NCBI GenBank assembly: GCA_041577335.1
Contig: JBFGJH010000011.1
Span: 49,552 to 69,551 of the forward strand
Source of the DNA: Acidimicrobiia bacterium
Lineage (GTDB): Bacteria > Actinomycetota > Acidimicrobiia > Spongiisociales > JAENVV01
Reading direction: 5' to 3'
DNA: 20,000 nt
The notes under the pieces are model-generated. The model ran no database searches. It saw nothing but the letters and a program-made list of their open reading frames with translations, and was not told the origin of the DNA. Both the position numbers and the translations under genes were made by a program. Numbering within the stretch: position 1 is the stretch's first letter; every line of letters begins with the position of its first letter. Below, piece after piece: positions 1 through 7,406 of the stretch.

Positions 1-1
1 G

Positions 2-601
2 GTGTGGACGAGGTTTTTGCCGATCTATGAGCACGTCTTTGGTTGGATCAACGACGGTGCCATAGGAGCGCCCCGAGGCATCAGAGCGAGCTTTGGGTTC
101 CATAGACCGTTCGATCCTGCCCATCGGTTGTTCGACCCGGAACTGGGCGGCGGAGCGCTCTACGACATCGGGATCTATCCGCTGCATGTGGCTGAGTGGC
201 TGTTCGGTGCTCCCGTGAGCATGTTGGGCGCCGCCGCGGTTGGAGCGTCTGGAGTGGACGAGTACGTCTCGGCGCTCGGCACGTACCGCAATGGCGTCCA
301 CGGAGACTTGAGCGCGACCACCCGGATCGCGCTCGACAGCCGGGCCATCGTGTGGGGCGATGACGGTTGGATCGAGATCCCGAAGTTCTGGATGGCACAA
401 GAGGCCACCCTCCACGGCGCCGGGCGGGAGGAGCATCGTTCTGCTCCCTTCGAGGTGAACGGCTACGAATACGAGATCCGCGAGGTGGCGCGCTGTGTCG
501 AGGAGGGCTTGATCGAGAGTCCCGGAATGCCTTGGTCGGCCTCCTTGTCGGTGGCAAGCCAGGTCGATGACGTCTTGCGCCAGATCGGACGGCCTGCCTA
601 G
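2..601 (+). CDS. Gfo/Idh/MocA family oxidoreductase, C-terminal part (5' truncated by window edge)
   Basis: Begins at WTRFLP (family motif EAMWTRFxP) and contains RLFDPELGGGALYDIGIYP and GYEYEIREV. The N-terminal Rossmann domain lies outside the window. Stop TAG at 599-601. Confidence 0.9.
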   Translation: MWTRFLPIYEHVFGWINDGAIGAPRGIRASFGFHRPFDPAHRLFDPELGGGALYDIGIYPLHVAEWLFGAPVSMLGAAAVGASGVDEYVSALGTYRNGVHGDLSATTRIALDSRAIVWGDDGWIEIPKFWMAQEATLHGAGREEHRSAPFEVNGYEYEIREVARCVEEGLIESPGMPWSASLSVASQVDDVLRQIGRPA

Positions 602-712
602 GAGTCGCGAGCGACGGTCATCAACCCATAGTCAGCACGTCATCCAACCAGACGCCGACCGAATGGGTGATAGCCCTTACGACATCCCGAGAGGCGGCGC
701 GTATCTGGCGAG

Positions 713-718
713 TATCCT
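713..718 (+). promoter_or_regulatory. Putative -10 element (TATCCT) for leaderless start at 726
   Basis: TANNNT 7 nt upstream of GTG 726; no Shine-Dalgarno sequence. Confidence 0.5.
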
Positions 719-725
719 GCCGGTC

Positions 726-1496
726 GTGGAACAGGTCATCATCGTTGGAATGGGAGAGCTCGGTGGCGTGTTCGCACGCGGGTTTCTGCGACGCGGTGTG
801 AGTGTGATTCCGGTCATCCGCTCCATGGACCCCGGCGCCGTCGCCCGCCAAGTGCCCGACCCGAGGTTGTGTCTCGTGGCGGTGGGCGAGGCCGACCTGT
901 CGTCGACACTGGACTCGTTGCCGGATCCGTGGAAAAGCACGGTGGGGCTTCTTCAGAATGAGCTGCTTCCGCGAACCTGGCTGGCCCACGACATCGTGGC
1001 ACCGACGGTGGCGGTGGTTTGGTTTGAGAAGAAACCCGGCCAGGACGTGAAGCAGATCATCTCGACTCCCGTCGCCGGGCCCGAAGCCCCGCTGGTGGTG
1101 GCAGCACTCAGCTCGATTGCGATCGCTGCCCACGAGGTCGCCGCATCTGAGATCGACCAATCACTCGTGGCGAAGAACCTCTACATCCTCACCGCCAATA
1201 TCGCCGGGCTGGAGACGAGAGGGTCGGTACACGACCTCTGGTACTCACATCGTCAACTGGCGGAACGGGTCGCGGACGAGATCGCAGACCTCCAACGCGA
1301 TCTGCTTGGCCACGAATTCGATCGCGCCGTCGCCAAGGCCGAGATGGTGCGGGCCATCGATGCAGATCCCGACCACGGCTCCATGGGTCGGTCGGCTCCG
1401 GTCCGGCTGCGCCGAGCGCTCCGGCACGCCGACGAGTTCGGGCGTGAGGTCCCCACGTTGCGACGCCTGGCTGCAGATCATCTCGGGAGTTCTTGA
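726..1496 (+). CDS. Hypothetical Rossmann-fold protein, distantly ketopantoate reductase (PanE/ApbA)-like, 256 aa
   Basis: Start revised from 567 to GTG 726, where VIIVGMGELGG (GxGxxG) begins. Also contains LLQNEL, KNLYILTANIAGL and HGSMG. Confidence 0.7.
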   Translation: MEQVIIVGMGELGGVFARGFLRRGVSVIPVIRSMDPGAVARQVPDPRLCLVAVGEADLSSTLDSLPDPWKSTVGLLQNELLPRTWLAHDIVAPTVAVVWFEKKPGQDVKQIISTPVAGPEAPLVVAALSSIAIAAHEVAASEIDQSLVAKNLYILTANIAGLETRGSVHDLWYSHRQLAERVADEIADLQRDLLGHEFDRAVAKAEMVRAIDADPDHGSMGRSAPVRLRRALRHADEFGREVPTLRRLAADHLGSS

Positions 1497-1540
1497 GCTC
1501 GCCTCGCTTCTTGTCCATCAACCGTTTGTGGCGACCGGGC

Positions 1541-2317
1541 TCAGACAGCCGGCTCTCGAACAAAGGTGGGTCGGTCACGGCCGGAGCGGCCTGGATCAAA
1601 TCGATACCCGAGTCCATCGAAGGCCGTCAGGCCGGTGAGAGTCGTTACCCGATTCAGGATGAGCCAGGATGCCATGGCTCCTCGCGCACGCTTGGCGAAA
1701 AAGCTCACCACGCGGTATTCGCCGCCGCTGAGATCCTCGAAACGGGGGGTGACGATGCGGGCGCCGAGCCGGCCCGCACGAACGGACCTGAAGTACTCCT
1801 GCGAGGCGAGGTTCACCAGCGCCCGAGGTCGCAGGATGTCCAGATCCGACGCCAGGGCATCGCTGATCCGGTCACCCCAAAAGTGATACAAATTCTTGCC
1901 TCGCTCGGTCGGAAGCCGGGTCCCCATTTCGAGCCGATGAGGCTGGATGAGATCAAGCGGCCGGAGCACACCGTAGAGCCCCGACAGGATGCGGAGTCGG
2001 CGCTGGGCGGCGGTGAAATCGCGGGTTGAGAAGCTGGCGACGTCGAGGCCGAGATAGGTGTCACCCTTGAACGCCAGGATCGCTTGACGGGCGCCGGGCG
2101 CAGCAGCGTCCGGCTCCCACTCCTGGAATCGCTGCCAGTTCAACTCGGCCAATTCGTTCGAGAGGCTCATCAGGTGAGCGATCTCCTCGGGGCTCTGGCC
2201 GGCCATGACCTTGACCAGCATCTCCGAGTCGTCCTGAAATCGGGGGAGCGTGAAGCGCTTGGTGAGCGGCTTCGAGTCGAAGTCGAGGCTCTTGGCGGGG
2301 GAGAGCACGATCAGCAT
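1541..2317 (-). CDS. yaaA: Peroxide stress protein YaaA (UPF0246), 258 aa
   Basis: Motifs MLIVLSPAKSLDF, AILAFKGDTYLGL, LRILSGLYGVLRPLDLIQPHRLEMGT, VNLASQEY and SFFAKRARGAMA. Start revised to ATG 2317. Confidence 0.95.
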   Translation of the reverse strand: MLIVLSPAKSLDFDSKPLTKRFTLPRFQDDSEMLVKVMAGQSPEEIAHLMSLSNELAELNWQRFQEWEPDAAAPGARQAILAFKGDTYLGLDVASFSTRDFTAAQRRLRILSGLYGVLRPLDLIQPHRLEMGTRLPTERGKNLYHFWGDRISDALASDLDILRPRALVNLASQEYFRSVRAGRLGARIVTPRFEDLSGGEYRVVSFFAKRARGAMASWLILNRVTTLTGLTAFDGLGYRFDPGRSGRDRPTFVREPAV

Positions 2318-2325
2318 TGACCGGA

Positions 2326-2331
2326 AGTGTA
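2326..2331 (-). promoter_or_regulatory. Putative -10 element (TACACT) for yaaA
   Basis: TANNNT 8 nt upstream of ATG 2317; no SD. Confidence 0.45.
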
Positions 2332-2376
2332 CAAGGGGCCGCTCGGCAAAGGCCACGGCGCTCTGGGATGACCCGA

Positions 2377-2382
2377 TAGGAT
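2377..2382 (+). promoter_or_regulatory. Putative -10 element (TAGGAT) for leaderless lipoprotein gene
   Basis: 6 nt upstream of GTG 2389; lies within the inverted repeat CCCGAT-AGG-ATCGGG (2372-2386). Confidence 0.45.
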
Positions 2383-2388
2383 CGGGCT

Positions 2389-2841
2389 GTGATTCAGCGC
2401 AGAACAGACTCCCTATGGAATGCGACTCGAGCGGTGCCGCTAGTTGTGCTGGCCCTGGTGCTGGCCGGCTGTGGCCAGGCAGCATTGCTCCTCGACGTGG
2501 GTGATTGTTTTGATGATCCGCCCGGACTCGCAGACACGGTGACCAACGTCGACGTCATCGACTGCGCCGACCCCCACGACAACGAGGTGTACGCAGTCGT
2601 CGATTTCCCCGAGGAAGGTGGCTATCCAGGAGACGATGCCGTCAAGGAGTTCGCTGATGAGACGTGCATCAGTACCTTCGAGTCCTTCGTCGACTTCGAC
2701 TATCTGCAGTCAGAGCTCGATCTCGGCTACTTCTGGCCGACCGACGAGTCGTGGGACGCCGGAGATCGGGCGGTGCAGTGCTTTGTGTACGAGCTGGACG
2801 GGTCGCAAGCCACGGGCAGCCTGCGCGGTGCTGGTCGATGA
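2389..2841 (+). CDS. Septum formation (Septum_form) domain lipoprotein, 150 aa
   Basis: Hydrophobic signal ending in lipobox LAGC. Cys pattern VGDCFD...VIDCADPHDNEVYA...ETC...PTDESWDAGDRAVQC is typical of this domain. Confidence 0.8.
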   Translation: MIQRRTDSLWNATRAVPLVVLALVLAGCGQAALLLDVGDCFDDPPGLADTVTNVDVIDCADPHDNEVYAVVDFPEEGGYPGDDAVKEFADETCISTFESFVDFDYLQSELDLGYFWPTDESWDAGDRAVQCFVYELDGSQATGSLRGAGR

Positions 2842-2863
2842 GCCGGCAGTCTCGTGCCCCGGG

Positions 2864-4033
2864 TCAGATCAGCCGTCCGGCGTGCTCGTAGACCGGTTCG
2901 TTTCTGAGGATCCGGGCGGGGCTCAGTCTCGACAGGTCCAGTGAGGCGGGTCGCCCGAGGATCAGCTCGGCCAGGTGCCGCCCAACCGCGTGGCACTGTT
3001 GGAACCCATGACCCGAGAAGCCGTTGGCGAGATAGAAGCCTTCGAGCTCGGGCCATTCGCCGATGATGCCATTGCCGTCCAGGTCGTTGTTGGCGTACAG
3101 CCCGGCCCAGCCACGCACCACCCGCACGGCTTCGAACGCGGGGAAGTTGCCAACCAACTCGGGCCAGATGGTTTCATCGAAATGCTGGCGACTGACCGAG
3201 AAGTCGTAGCCGACGGGATCGTTGGGCAGCGACCATGCCACCAAATAGGTGTTTCCGGGCTCGGCGAGCACGTAGAGCCCAGAAGGAGCGAATGCGCTCG
3301 GTAGGTGCTCCGAGTCGATATCGGCCTCCAGGACGAACACGCTGCGCATGATTGGCTTCACCGGAAGGGTGATCGCTGCGGTCTTGGCAAGGTCGGTGCA
3401 CCAGGCGCCGGCAGCATTGACAACGACGGGAGCCGACACGATGTCACCGCCGATATCGACACCGGTAACCGCCTGCTCGTTTCTCAGCACGGCCCGGACC
3501 TCGGCTTCCATGTACCGGGCCCCGAGCGATGCAGCCTTGCGGCGATAGCCTTCCAGGACGGCGGCTGGATCAACGGAGCCGTCGCGCCTCCCCAGCGTCC
3601 CGGCAACGTAGGTCGTCCCGGTATACGGCGGATACGCCGCGGCGATCTCATCGGCGGAAAGCCATTCCACCGACTCACCCAGCCGCGTCTGGGCGTCGAG
3701 GCCGTGGCGAGCGTCGTCCTCTCCGCCTCGTTGCACCAGAAACAGATTGCCTTGCCGCCGACAGCTCGGATCGGGATGCCAGTCGCCCACCGCCATGGTC
3801 TGGCTGAAATCCTCGAGGAAGTCCATGGCGAATTGAGAAATCGCGATGTTCTCAGGCAGATTGAACTGAATTCGAACGTTGCCGTCGCAACGGAGTGTCG
3901 AAGATCGGGCAAAGGTCATATCACGATCAAGGACGGCGACGCGGATCGCCGGGTCGTAGCGAAGGAGCCAGTAGGCCGTGGCGCTACCCATCACCGCTCC
4001 TCCGACGATGACCACGTCGAAACGGTCAGTCAT
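2864..4033 (-). CDS. FAD-dependent oxidoreductase, DAO/sarcosine oxidase beta superfamily (FOXRED1-like), 389 aa
   Basis: DVVIVGGAVMGSA dinucleotide motif; SSTLRCDGNVRIQF, VVNAAGAW, WAGLY and ANGFSGHGFQQ. ATG 4033 overlaps the SDR stop (ATGA). Confidence 0.88.
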   Translation of the reverse strand: MTDRFDVVIVGGAVMGSATAYWLLRYDPAIRVAVLDRDMTFARSSTLRCDGNVRIQFNLPENIAISQFAMDFLEDFSQTMAVGDWHPDPSCRRQGNLFLVQRGGEDDARHGLDAQTRLGESVEWLSADEIAAAYPPYTGTTYVAGTLGRRDGSVDPAAVLEGYRRKAASLGARYMEAEVRAVLRNEQAVTGVDIGGDIVSAPVVVNAAGAWCTDLAKTAAITLPVKPIMRSVFVLEADIDSEHLPSAFAPSGLYVLAEPGNTYLVAWSLPNDPVGYDFSVSRQHFDETIWPELVGNFPAFEAVRVVRGWAGLYANNDLDGNGIIGEWPELEGFYLANGFSGHGFQQCHAVGRHLAELILGRPASLDLSRLSPARILRNEPVYEHAGRLI

Positions 4034-4725
4034 ACGGAGCGAGTGATGCCGCCGTCGACGCGGATGTTCTGGCCGGTGACGTACGAGGCGTCGCTCGACA
4101 GCAGCCACGCCACCGTTCCGGCTATCTCGTCCACCCGCCCGTACCTGCCGGTGGGAATTCGCGCCAGGTTCGCGTCGGACTCCGGATAGGAGTCGATGAA
4201 CCCGGGAAGAACGCTGTTCATCCGGATGCCGTGGGCGGCATACGTGTCCGCATATAGCTTCGTGAAGCTACCGAGGGCAGCGCGCAGGCTTGCCGAAATC
4301 GGAAACCCCGGATCTGGCTCGAACGCCGCGAAGGTCGAGATGTTCACGATGGAGCTTCCTTCGCCGAGGTGCGGTGTGATCAATCGCGCCATCCGGACGA
4401 CGTTGAGGAGGAGCATGTCGAGGCCGGCGTGCCAATCGTCGTCTGAGAGTTCGAGAAGCGGCCCCTTGGCGGCGTGTCCGGTGTTGTTGACGGCGGCATC
4501 GATGCGCCCGTGAGCTGACATCGCCAGTTCGACGAGATTGGACAAGTCGGCGGCAGACGTGACCGATCCGGTGAGGGCGACGGCGCCGAGCTCGGCTGCG
4601 ACCCCTTCGGCCCCGCCGCTGTTCGACATGAGGGTCAGACTCCACCCGTCGTTGGCGAGTCGTCGCGCGATCGCCGCTCCGATGCCCGAACCGGCGGCGG
4701 TGACGATCGCTGACTTGCTTCCCAT
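4030..4725 (-). CDS. Short-chain dehydrogenase/reductase with atypical active site, 231 aa
   Basis: TAAGSGIG, VNNTG, IVNIST, NSVLPGFID and YVTGQNIRVDGG. SD AAGGAG precedes ATG 4725. Confidence 0.92.
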   Translation of the reverse strand: MGSKSAIVTAAGSGIGAAIARRLANDGWSLTLMSNSGGAEGVAAELGAVALTGSVTSAADLSNLVELAMSAHGRIDAAVNNTGHAAKGPLLELSDDDWHAGLDMLLLNVVRMARLITPHLGEGSSIVNISTFAAFEPDPGFPISASLRAALGSFTKLYADTYAAHGIRMNSVLPGFIDSYPESDANLARIPTGRYGRVDEIAGTVAWLLSSDASYVTGQNIRVDGGITRSV

Positions 4726-4756
4726 GGGCGCTCTCCTTGATGGCTCGGTTGTCGAC

Positions 4757-4762
4757 AGCCTA
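4757..4762 (-). promoter_or_regulatory. Putative -10 element (TAGGCT) for SDR-FAD oxidoreductase operon
   Basis: TANNNT about 30 nt upstream of ATG 4725, upstream of the SD. Confidence 0.35.
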
Positions 4763-4936
4763 CGGCGCGTTTGCGGCACGCGACCGGCGCTTCACAAACC
4801 CGTGTGGACAGCTACGCCGAGCCGGCGCCGGCGTGGGTTGCGAGCGCGGAGGCGGCGTTGGCCCCCGAGCAACCGGCGACTGCCGCGCCGAGCACAGAAC
4901 ACGGCCGCAATGCGGTCTCGGTCGACGCGGTGAAGG

Positions 4937-4942
4937 TACCCT
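4937..4942 (+). promoter_or_regulatory. Putative -10 element (TACCCT) for DMGDH-like/mttB operon
   Basis: TANNNT 5 nt before ATG 4948 and just upstream of the palindromic operator. Confidence 0.4.
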
Positions 4943-4958
4943 GGGGCATGAGCAGAAC

Positions 4959-4975
4959 GTTCCACTGGATGGAAC
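4959..4975. promoter_or_regulatory. Palindromic operator GTTCCA-N5-TGGAAC, candidate IclR-family site
   Basis: Perfect 6-5-6 inverted repeat; related boxes occur at 9713-9746 next to the iclR gene. Confidence 0.65.
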
Positions 4976-4997
4976 ACAGGATAGACCTGGAGAGGAC

Positions 4998-7406
4998 ATG
5001 AGAGAAGAAGCGCGCTGTGTCATCGTCGGTGGCGGGGCCATGGGCGTTGGCCTTCTCTACCACCTCGCGCACGAGGGCTGGACCGATACGGTATTGGTCG
5101 AAAAGGACGAGTTGACATCGGGCTCTACCTGGCACGCGGCCGGGCTCGTTCCTCATTTCATCGGCAGTCTCAACATGGCGAAAGTCCACGCCTACGGAGC
5201 GGATCTCTATACGAAGCTGGAAGCTGAGACCGGCCTGCACTCGGGCTGGCATGGAAGCGGAGCCGTGAGGTTGGCACGCACCGAAGACGAGGTCGACTGG
5301 TTCAGATACGTCAAGGGCGTGCTCGATGTCGCAGGCGTCGAATCACATCTGGTTGACCCGAGCGAGATCGTCGAGCTCCATCCGTTGCTCGCCGTCGATG
5401 ACGTGAAGCTCGGCATGCACACACCGAACGACGGCTGGACCGACCCATCGGCCGCAACCAACGCCATGGCAGCAGGCGCTCGCCAGCTCGGAGCGGAGAT
5501 CTCTCGGCACAATCGTGTGCTGGACATGAACCCACTGCCCGACGGACGGTGGGAGGTCATCACCGAAAAGGGCCGGATCGTGGCCGAACACGTCGTCAAC
5601 GCGGCGGGCCATTACGGTCCCCAGCTGGGGAAGATGGTGGGCTTGGAGGTCCCCATCGTGTCGATGATCCATCAGTACATCGTCACCGAGGCCATGCCCG
5701 AGGTCGCAGCTCTCGATTTCGACCTGCCCGTCATTCGTGATCCGCGTGCCTCCTGCTACTACCGGCGCGAGCACGACGGTCTCATCATCGGACCCTACGA
5801 AACCGAGGGATCGAAACCGTATGGGCTCGACGGAATCGACTGGAACTTGACCTTCCATCTGACGCCGCCGGAGATCGAGCGGCTGCTGCCGTGGCTCGGG
5901 CTCGCTGGAGAACGAATCCCCGCTTTCGAGAACGCCGGAATCAAGCAGGTTGTCTCCGGGCCGATCACCCATACTCCGGACGCCGGCTACCTGATGGGGC
6001 CCGCCCCCGGCCTCCGCAACTATTGGATGTGCGTCGGCGCTTCGATTGGCATCACGCAAGGACCAGGCGCCGGCAAGTACCTCGCCCAGTGGATGGTGCA
6101 TGGTCAGACCGAGATCAACGTGCGGGAGATGGACCCTCGTCGGTTCGGCCACTACGCGCCGGGCAAATACACGCTCGACCGCTCGATCGACGAGTACCAC
6201 GAGATGTACCAGGTACGGATGCCCGGTGAATACCGGCCGGCAGGCCGGCCCATGAAGCAGACGCCGATCTACGAAGTGCTCGATTCCAAGGGTGCGCAGT
6301 GGCAGGAGATCTTCGGCTGGGAGCGAGCCCAGTACTTCTCGCCGGAGCCCGAGGATTTCTCCTTCCGACGGTCGTCGGCATTCGACCCGGTAGGAGCAGA
6401 GGTTCGTGCCATCAGAGAGGCTGTCGGAGTTGCGGATCTCACCGCGTTTTCCAAGTTCGAGGTATCCGGTAACGACGCAGCGCAGTTGCTCGACCGATTG
6501 TCCGCCAACCGCTTGCCGGCGCGTGATGGAGGCATCCGCCTCGTCCACATGCTCACCGACCTGGGCGGCATCGAATGTGAGATGACGATCACCCGCAAAG
6601 CGGCGGATCGGTTCTATCTCAACTCGGCGATCGTCGGCCAACTGCACGATCTCGATTGGCTGGTTCAGCACATCGAGGCCGATGAAGACGTGACGGTGAC
6701 AGACGTGACCGACACGACCGGAATTCTCGCTGTCACCGGCCCCAGATCACGACAGTTGCTGGAGCGCCTCACCGAGGCGAATCTCGAGAGTGGCGGGTTC
6801 CCGTGGCTGACTGCCCAAGAAATCGTGGTCGCCGGGGTTCCGTGCTTCGCCCTCCGGGTGAGCTATGTGGGCGAGTTGGGTTGGGAGCTGCACCACCCTC
6901 TCGACCGCATGCCCGCCCTCTATGAGGCGATCGTCGCCGCAGGCGCCGACCTGGGTCTCGTCGACTTCGGCAGTTACGCCATGAACGTCATGCGACTGGA
7001 AAAGGCCTACAAGGCATGGGGTGCGGAGCTCACCACAGAAATCACGCCCATCGAAGCCGCCCTCGAGCGGTTCGTGGCCTTCGACGGTGACTTCATCGGC
7101 AAGGAAGCCACCTTGGCGAGGCGATCGGCTCCGCTCGAAATGATCCTCGTGTACGCCGAGCTCGACGCTTTCGACGCAGACTGTCGTGGCAACGAGCCCA
7201 TCCTTGCTGGAGACAAGGTGATCGGCGTCACGACGAGTGGCACGTTTGCCCACTCGGTCGGTAAGAGCATTCTCTTTGCGTATGTTGACCCGGCGTACCA
7301 GGAGCCGGGGTCGACGTTCGATGTCGAGATCATGTCGGAGCGACAGACGGCGACCGTGTTGTCGGAACCGGTCTGGGACCCGTCCAATGAACGGTTGCGG
7401 GCCTGA
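4998..7406 (+). CDS. GcvT-family FAD/THF-dependent demethylase, dimethylglycine dehydrogenase-like, 802 aa
   Basis: GGGAMG FAD motif; LTSGSTWHAAG (His for covalent FAD); GPITHTPD; C-terminal aminomethyltransferase domain (GWER, RVSYVGELGWEL, RLEKAYKAWG). Purine-rich SD-like GGAGAGG before ATG 4998. Confidence 0.9.
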   Translation: MREEARCVIVGGGAMGVGLLYHLAHEGWTDTVLVEKDELTSGSTWHAAGLVPHFIGSLNMAKVHAYGADLYTKLEAETGLHSGWHGSGAVRLARTEDEVDWFRYVKGVLDVAGVESHLVDPSEIVELHPLLAVDDVKLGMHTPNDGWTDPSAATNAMAAGARQLGAEISRHNRVLDMNPLPDGRWEVITEKGRIVAEHVVNAAGHYGPQLGKMVGLEVPIVSMIHQYIVTEAMPEVAALDFDLPVIRDPRASCYYRREHDGLIIGPYETEGSKPYGLDGIDWNLTFHLTPPEIERLLPWLGLAGERIPAFENAGIKQVVSGPITHTPDAGYLMGPAPGLRNYWMCVGASIGITQGPGAGKYLAQWMVHGQTEINVREMDPRRFGHYAPGKYTLDRSIDEYHEMYQVRMPGEYRPAGRPMKQTPIYEVLDSKGAQWQEIFGWERAQYFSPEPEDFSFRRSSAFDPVGAEVRAIREAVGVADLTAFSKFEVSGNDAAQLLDRLSANRLPARDGGIRLVHMLTDLGGIECEMTITRKAADRFYLNSAIVGQLHDLDWLVQHIEADEDVTVTDVTDTTGILAVTGPRSRQLLERLTEANLESGGFPWLTAQEIVVAGVPCFALRVSYVGELGWELHHPLDRMPALYEAIVAAGADLGLVDFGSYAMNVMRLEKAYKAWGAELTTEITPIEAALERFVAFDGDFIGKEATLARRSAPLEMILVYAELDAFDADCRGNEPILAGDKVIGVTTSGTFAHSVGKSILFAYVDPAYQEPGSTFDVEIMSERQTATVLSEPVWDPSNERLRA

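Noticed and set aside
567..725. Upstream ORF-track extension of the 726 gene (likewise 2318-2485, 4034-4108, 4726-4779 and 16010-16078 for other genes)
   Set aside because: Family motifs begin at the downstream starts, most of which are also supported by a -10, an SD or a stop-start overlap.
4763..4936. GC-rich intergenic stretch with a hairpin (CTACGCCG 4812-4819 / CGGCGTGG 4829-4836), considered as a glycine, cobalamin or SAM riboswitch
   Set aside because: No consensus aptamer motifs were recognised, and it lies upstream of both candidate -10 elements. An Rfam scan would settle it.
4737..4997. 87-aa N-terminal extension of the first GcvT-family ORF
   Set aside because: Low-complexity sequence with no family similarity; it spans the divergent promoter region. 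The FAD motif and SD-like sequence support ATG 4998.
5343..6671. 442-aa minus-strand ORF, and similar long antisense ORFs (9936-11153, 11223-12074, 3305-4189, 18696-19712)
   Set aside because: They lie opposite well-supported genes and have no recognisable motifs. Shadow ORFs like these are expected in high-GC coding DNA.
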